A stretch of DNA of 64,000 bases from Candidatus Latescibacterota bacterium (GTDB taxonomy: Bacteria; Latescibacterota; UBA2968; GCA-2709665): NCBI GenBank assembly GCA_965116875.1, contig OZ220733.1, forward strand, positions 576,001-640,000, written 5' to 3'. The notes below the pieces were generated by a model. It made no database searches. It had not been told where the DNA came from and saw nothing but the letters and a program-made list of their open reading frames with translations. Each line of letters opens with the position of its first letter. Position 1 is the first letter of the stretch. A program made the translations under genes and the position numbers. Of the stretch, positions 58,939-64,000 are shown piece after piece.

Positions 58939-60111
58939 TTAGTATTTTACCGTCTTCACCTCGGTCGACTTCAGCGCCTGCTCGACCAACGGGGACAGGT
59001 CCAGTTTCGGTTCAATCTCGCGTACCGTTTTCAGATTGGCGCGGGTCTCCGGATGTTTGGGTACAAAGACCGTACAGCAGTCCTCATAGGGCTCAATTGA
59101 AACATCGTATGTCCCGATGCGCCGTGCAAGTTCGATGATTTCCTCCTTGTTGTCCCCGGAAAGCGGTCGCAGAAGGGGAAGCGGTGTCGCTTCCTCGATC
59201 GCGCGTATATTCGACAGGGTCTGAGAGGCGACCTGACCGATACTCTCGCCCGTGACAAGGGCCTGCGCGCCCTCCCTTTCGGCGATGGCTTCGGCGATCC
59301 GCAACATCACCCTTCGATAGAGGACCACCCGGTAGCCCGGCGGCGCATGGGTCATCACGCGGCGCTGGACCTCAACGAACGGGACAAGATACAGCGTTGA
59401 CCTGTACTGGTACCGCGTCAGCACCCGGACAAGCTCCTCGGTATTGCGCTGCGAACTCCGGTTGGTATACGGCTGGCTGTGGAAATGTACGAACGAGAGC
59501 CGCACGCCGCGTTTCATCGTCTTGTATGATGCAACCGGTGAGTCGATGCCCGAGGAAAGCAGACTGACCGCGCGTTCGTTCGCGCCCACGGGCAGGCCGC
59601 CCGGCCCCGGTGTCTTCCGGGTATAGATGAAGGCGCCCTCGTAGGACACCTCGACGAAACAGGTCAGGTCCGGATCGTCCAGTTTGACCCGTGCGCCGGA
59701 GAACTTCTGAACGTGGGCGCCCACGTCGCGGTTGATTTCCTCTGACGTAAGCGGAAAACTCTTGTCTCCGCGACGCGCGGCAATCTTGAACGAGCGAAAA
59801 TCCTGCTGCCGAACGACGTCCCACGCCGCAGCCCGAATGTGTTCGATGGCATTCGGGACACGAACGGCTTCTGAGAAATTCGCGATCCCGAACACGTCAA
59901 CCAGGCGCTCCCCGATGGCCTCGATTCCCGCGTCCGGGTGAAGTTCCAGGATGATGCGACCGGAAAGGCGTCGGACGGCCCCGCGCGGCAGACCCTTTAA
60001 CGCGCGAGTGATATTGGTGAGCAACTGCCGTTCGAACCGGCCGCGGTTCCTGCCCTTCAGGCCGATTTCGTGGTAATGTATGAGAATCACAGGTTCGGGC
60101 ACGGCGTCCAT
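58939..60111 (-). CDS. thiI: tRNA 4-thiouridine(8) synthase ThiI (no rhodanese domain)
   Basis: EIGLKGRNR, THUMP domain, LLSSGIDSPVA PP-loop, GQVASQT and EDCC. Start uncertain. Confidence 0.92.
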   Translation of the reverse strand: MDAVPEPVILIHYHEIGLKGRNRGRFERQLLTNITRALKGLPRGAVRRLSGRIILELHPDAGIEAIGERLVDVFGIANFSEAVRVPNAIEHIRAAAWDVVRQQDFRSFKIAARRGDKSFPLTSEEINRDVGAHVQKFSGARVKLDDPDLTCFVEVSYEGAFIYTRKTPGPGGLPVGANERAVSLLSSGIDSPVASYKTMKRGVRLSFVHFHSQPYTNRSSQRNTEELVRVLTRYQYRSTLYLVPFVEVQRRVMTHAPPGYRVVLYRRVMLRIAEAIAEREGAQALVTGESIGQVASQTLSNIRAIEEATPLPLLRPLSGDNKEEIIELARRIGTYDVSIEPYEDCCTVFVPKHPETRANLKTVREIEPKLDLSPLVEQALKSTEVKTVKY

Positions 60112-60205
60112 AGCGTCTTTCGTGAACATCGAACGAGACGAAGCTGGCCGGCTGGCCCGTCCCGCGGGACGGCTGTACAGTTCCGGCACTCGTGTCGATC
60201 ACCCG

Positions 60206-61315
60206 TTATATTTCCTTTAGAATCCGGTAGAGATTGTGCAGGAAGGTCCGGTTGTCCCCGTCGACGTAAATCATCTCGCCTCCCATTCGGCTGAACGACT
60301 TGCAGAACCTGAGATAGTACGCCGGATTGTCTTTGGGAGGTTCGCCCCCGGACCAATCCCAGGTCACCGGCGCCAGATCGTTGACCGCAATGAACGTGCG
60401 TACAACGCGCCTGTGTTCCTGAATGCGCAGGTTGTTGGCCAGCGAAAGGGCTTTTTCGAAGACCTGCGGCGCCATCACGGCTGAGCCAATGGAGAGAAAC
60501 ACGCCTCCATCCAGCTCGACGACGCCGCGCGTGAACACCCGAAAATCGATATCCGCGCCACGGCCGATTGCCGCGCCGTTCGCGAGGTGATGGTTGTGGA
60601 TGATGTCGTAGCCGATACCGGGATGAACCGTGAGCGGTACGCCGAGTCGGTAAGCCCGTGCCGTAAGGGAAAAATCCCCATATGGATGTTCGACGTTGAA
60701 GCGGCCGGAAGGAATGTCAAATCGCGAGAGGACCTGGAGCAATTCGGCGTACGCCGGCATGCCGGGCGAGTCCGTGGGGGCCGCGGCCCAGTCGCGCAGT
60801 GCGGATGCCAGGTCGTTGCGTGAGGGAATCTCACAACCGTCGTCGGCGATGAACTTTCCGAGAGATTCGCCGTAGCCCCTGCCCTCCAGCGCACCGGCGA
60901 GAACGGCCAGATGGATGTATCTGCCGGTTTCCTCCCACGTTCCGAAACACCCCTTCGCGACGTTTTCCCGCACGTCTTCTTCGGAACGCCCCTGAAAGGC
61001 ATATTCCCAGTCGTGGATCGTGCCGGCGCCGTTGGTGGCCAGATGGGTGATCCAACCGCCCTCCATCAGGCGGGTCACGACCGGCCCCAGGCCGTTCTTG
61101 ACCAGATGGGCCCCGTACGCCAGCATGACGGAAGCGCCCCGCCGCCTGGCGTCGCGGATTTCTTCAGCAACGCGCCGCAGCCTCTCGACCGCCGGCGCGG
61201 GGTCGGGCGCGGGGGAGTCGGGATCAACCATGACCTCGTCGATCGAGAACTTGCTCCGTCTCTCGGATAGAGGTCTGAGGACGAGGTCCCGATGGTCGAT
61301 TTGTCGATACGGCAT
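60206..61315 (-). CDS. Deoxyhypusine-synthase-like (GSU2086-type) conserved protein
   Basis: GAHLVKNGL, ATNGAGTIHDWE, TVHPGIGYDIIH and SIGSAVMAPQVFEKALS. Confidence 0.65.
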   Translation of the reverse strand: MPYRQIDHRDLVLRPLSERRSKFSIDEVMVDPDSPAPDPAPAVERLRRVAEEIRDARRRGASVMLAYGAHLVKNGLGPVVTRLMEGGWITHLATNGAGTIHDWEYAFQGRSEEDVRENVAKGCFGTWEETGRYIHLAVLAGALEGRGYGESLGKFIADDGCEIPSRNDLASALRDWAAAPTDSPGMPAYAELLQVLSRFDIPSGRFNVEHPYGDFSLTARAYRLGVPLTVHPGIGYDIIHNHHLANGAAIGRGADIDFRVFTRGVVELDGGVFLSIGSAVMAPQVFEKALSLANNLRIQEHRRVVRTFIAVNDLAPVTWDWSGGEPPKDNPAYYLRFCKSFSRMGGEMIYVDGDNRTFLHNLYRILKEI

Positions 61316-61327
61316 GAGCCCACTTGC

Positions 61328-61753
61328 CTATTTGTCCACCCAGACCCGCTTGAGCGGGACGTCGGGAGATTCCAGGACGCCGCCGTAGATCGTCACGGCG
61401 GTGATTTTTCCGTTCCGGATCCGGCACATATGCACTTCGGTGGCATCCAGCCGTTTGCCGTACATTGCTTCGGGAAGCCCGGGAAGGGGCTGGTTTACGA
61501 TACCCCTGAAGCGAAACTCCACGGCGGCCATGTCGCGGTCCGCGACGACATTGAGTATCTCCAGCCGCATGTCCCGCTCTTCCTCGTGACACCCCTGCCA
61601 GAGCGCCACCAGGTTTTCCGCACCACGGATGTTGAGTGCGCCTCCGGCCATGGTCGCGTCGTCGGCGTAGGTTTCGCGAAGTCTCTTCCAGTCACAGGCG
61701 AAGGCGGCTTCGAGGGAATCCCGGGCGATGCGAGCGTTGTTTTCGGCGGACAT
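61328..61753 (-). CDS. SnoaL-like / NTF2-fold protein
   Basis: 141 aa, YADDA..IRG..VEFRFRG..IRNGKI. Confidence 0.75.
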   Translation of the reverse strand: MSAENNARIARDSLEAAFACDWKRLRETYADDATMAGGALNIRGAENLVALWQGCHEEERDMRLEILNVVADRDMAAVEFRFRGIVNQPLPGLPEAMYGKRLDATEVHMCRIRNGKITAVTIYGGVLESPDVPLKRVWVDK

Positions 61754-61789
61754 TGGCGTCTCCCTTCGTAATGACGTTTCGCGGTCTTT

Positions 61790-62578
61790 CTATTCCACTT
61801 CGTCGCCGTTCCGGTATTGTTCGAGGTTTCCCCTGTATTCCAGGCCGAGAATGTCCCGGGACCGCGCGACGTTGCACGTTCTGTCGGCGCCCGGCGTTCC
61901 CACAACGTGGAAGACGTCGAAATCGACGTTCCGGGACTCCAGGCTCAGGCGGCAGGCTTCCGCAAGGTCGTGGCGACAGACCCATCCCTGGCGGTAAGGG
62001 CGCGCTTCCGTACCCAGTTTCTCCCTGTACCGGCCGATACCGAGTCTGCTGTCAACAATGTAGTCAGGCCGGAGTACGATGATACGCATCCCGAACGCGT
62101 CGTAAAACTGCCGGCACATCTCTTCCTGGAGGCGTTTCGTGACGCCGTACAGACCCCCGTCGGGCCTCCTGACGTCGGCCGAGAAGAAGATGCCCCCGGG
62201 ATGGGCGGTCTGGCAGGAACCGATGTGCACGACCCTCCCGATGCCGTGCCGCCGTGCGGACTCAAGCACGTTCCAGAGTCCCTTGACGTTGATGAGAAAG
62301 GGTTTCTGATCGTCAACGCCATGGGCGCCGGGCTCGTCCGAGTGGTACACCGCCATGTGCAGAACCGCATCCATTTCCGCCACGGCGCCGTGAACGGCAT
62401 CGAAGTCCACAATGTCACCGTGTACGATTTCACCGCCCTTCCATTCACCGTCGGTATCGTTCCAGGGCCGCCAGGCCTGCGGGCCGTAGTCGAAAGCCCG
62501 GATCCGATGGTTCCCGTCAAGAGCGGCCAGCGCCGCCCTTCCGAGCCAGCCCGCCGCGCCGAATACGACAATGTTCAT
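61790..62578 (-). CDS. NAD-dependent epimerase/dehydratase (extended SDR)
   Basis: GAAGWLG Rossmann motif and YGVTK catalytic motif. Confidence 0.88.
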   Translation of the reverse strand: MNIVVFGAAGWLGRAALAALDGNHRIRAFDYGPQAWRPWNDTDGEWKGGEIVHGDIVDFDAVHGAVAEMDAVLHMAVYHSDEPGAHGVDDQKPFLINVKGLWNVLESARRHGIGRVVHIGSCQTAHPGGIFFSADVRRPDGGLYGVTKRLQEEMCRQFYDAFGMRIIVLRPDYIVDSRLGIGRYREKLGTEARPYRQGWVCRHDLAEACRLSLESRNVDFDVFHVVGTPGADRTCNVARSRDILGLEYRGNLEQYRNGDEVE

Positions 62579-62608
62579 CTCCCAGGCTCCCCGTGCGAAA
62601 AACAGGCG

Positions 62609-64000
62609 TCAGGACTTCTCCCCGGCAAGTCCGTACTTCCTGTAAAAGTGACGGAATTGGTCGTAGCTCAAGCTGAGGGACTCGGCCGCCTTGCGCTGAT
62701 TCCAGTTTGCGCGGCTCAGCGCGCTTCTGAGCAAGCCGAGCTCAAACGCCGTAACCTGAGCGTCAAACCCTTCTCCGGGCGCAGCGGCGGCATCACTGGA
62801 GATCTCAGGCGGCAAATCCCGGGGCTCGATGGATGCGCCCGCTGCCATGCACGCCGCGCGTTCGACCGCAAATTTGAGCTCGCGCACGTTTCCCGGCCAC
62901 GCGTACCCCAACAGCAGACGCACGGCGCTCTCCGAAAACGGACGCGCTTCCAGACCCGGCACTTCCCGGACGATCTGTTCGACGAAAAACCCTGCGAGCG
63001 GCCTGATATCTTCACGCCGCTCCCGTAGCGGGGGAATGCGGATAATCTCAAAGCGCAGGCGGTCGTAGAGATCCTGCCGGAAGCGGCCTTCGCCGATTTC
63101 GCGCTCGAGGTCGGCATTCGTGGCGGCAATGATCCGCACGTCCACGCTGGTTGGCGCCGCGCCGCCCACCCGTTGGATCTCCTGATATTCGATGGCGCGA
63201 AGGACGTTCTGCTGAAACTCCGGAGTGGTATTGCCAATCTCGTCCAGCAGCAACGTGCCGCCGTTCGCCGCCTCAAACCGGCCTGGCCGGGCTTCCGTGG
63301 CTCCGGTGAAGGCGCCCTTTTCGTGACCGAAGAGCTCGCTCTCGAGCAAGTTTGCGGAAAGTGCGGCGCAGTTGACCTTGACGAACGGACGATCTCGTCG
63401 TACCCCGCCGTAGTGGATGGCGGCGGCCACGAGTTCCTTTCCGGTGCCGGGCTCGCCGAGGACCAGAACCGGTCGGGGAATGGAAGCGATTCGTTCGGCC
63501 TGTTGCATGATCCGGAGCATCTGCGAACTGGCGTTGACCGTCCTGTATTTCTTGCCGAATTCGTCACGGTAGAATCTGTTCTCCCGGTCCAGGTCCTTTA
63601 CCCGGGCCTGGAGGCGGGCGTTCTCCTTCAGCACGGCAAGAACGCGGTCGAGTTTTTCGAGGCTGAGTTCAAGCCGGTCCTCGATATAGAAATCTTTCTC
63701 GATAAAGTCGGAAGCGCCCATGCGCAGGGCGGCGACGGCGTTCTCCACGGTGCCCTTGCCCGTGAGGATGATAACCGGCAGATCGGGTGCGAGATCGCGT
63801 GTCTGACGAAGGATTTCGAGGCCGTCCGGCTCGGCCGGCCCAAAATCGATATCCAGAATGGCCATGTCAACGTCCGAAACGTGCTTTTGCAGGTACGCAA
63901 AGGCCTCTCGTCCCGTCGGGAAAGCCTTCACGATCCGGCCATCCACCTGAAGGCTTCGCGTGAGCATGCCCAGAATTTCGGACTGGTCATCCGCGATGAC
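62609..64000 (-). CDS. Sigma54-dependent response regulator (REC-AAA+-HTH), 5' end outside window
   Basis: VIADD..ILDI receiver, GEPGTGKE, ESELFGHEKGAFTGA, LLLDEI and WPGNVRE. Confidence 0.93.
   Translation of the reverse strand, partial: VIADDQSEILGMLTRSLQVDGRIVKAFPTGREAFAYLQKHVSDVDMAILDIDFGPAEPDGLEILRQTRDLAPDLPVIILTGKGTVENAVAALRMGASDFIEKDFYIEDRLELSLEKLDRVLAVLKENARLQARVKDLDRENRFYRDEFGKKYRTVNASSQMLRIMQQAERIASIPRPVLVLGEPGTGKELVAAAIHYGGVRRDRPFVKVNCAALSANLLESELFGHEKGAFTGATEARPGRFEAANGGTLLLDEIGNTTPEFQQNVLRAIEYQEIQRVGGAAPTSVDVRIIAATNADLEREIGEGRFRQDLYDRLRFEIIRIPPLRERREDIRPLAGFFVEQIVREVPGLEARPFSESAVRLLLGYAWPGNVRELKFAVERAACMAAGASIEPRDLPPEISSDAAAAPGEGFDAQVTAFELGLLRSALSRANWNQRKAAESLSLSYDQFRHFYRKYGLAGEKS

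Overview
High-GC bacterial chromosomal segment. Dockerin/EF-hand-like and FlgD-Ig C-terminal tags and two GWxTD-like proteins suggest an FCB-group lineage such as Latescibacterota or Gemmatimonadota, which is an inference. Core content: czcCBA-type RND efflux (czcA cut by the window edge), a TorF-like porin, glutamine synthetase III, topA-xerC followed by surface-protein genes, PTS IIA, a ClC-CBS channel, a two-gene pyruvate:ferredoxin oxidoreductase directly followed by aceE-aceF-lpdA, ino1/LysR, thiI and a sigma54 response regulator. About 8.9-17.75 kb is a visibly AT-richer island with all genes on the minus strand. It holds a wHTH/PD-(D/E)XK nuclease-like gene, a Zn-finger/NDT-like gene, a small protein plus retropepsin pair, a PIN-domain gene split by a complete IS1380 (exact ends and 4-bp TSD found), and three orphan antitoxins, two of them preceded by eroded toxin tails. 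Two MITE families are present with two copies each. The most unusual protein is a lipoprotein with an SLBB domain, 31 exact 9-residue xxxxxFPDG-type repeats resembling the CPAP/SAS-4 TCP domain, and a degenerate CAP domain. No tRNA, rRNA or CRISPR array was recognised. All family assignments come from motifs read by eye, not from database searches.
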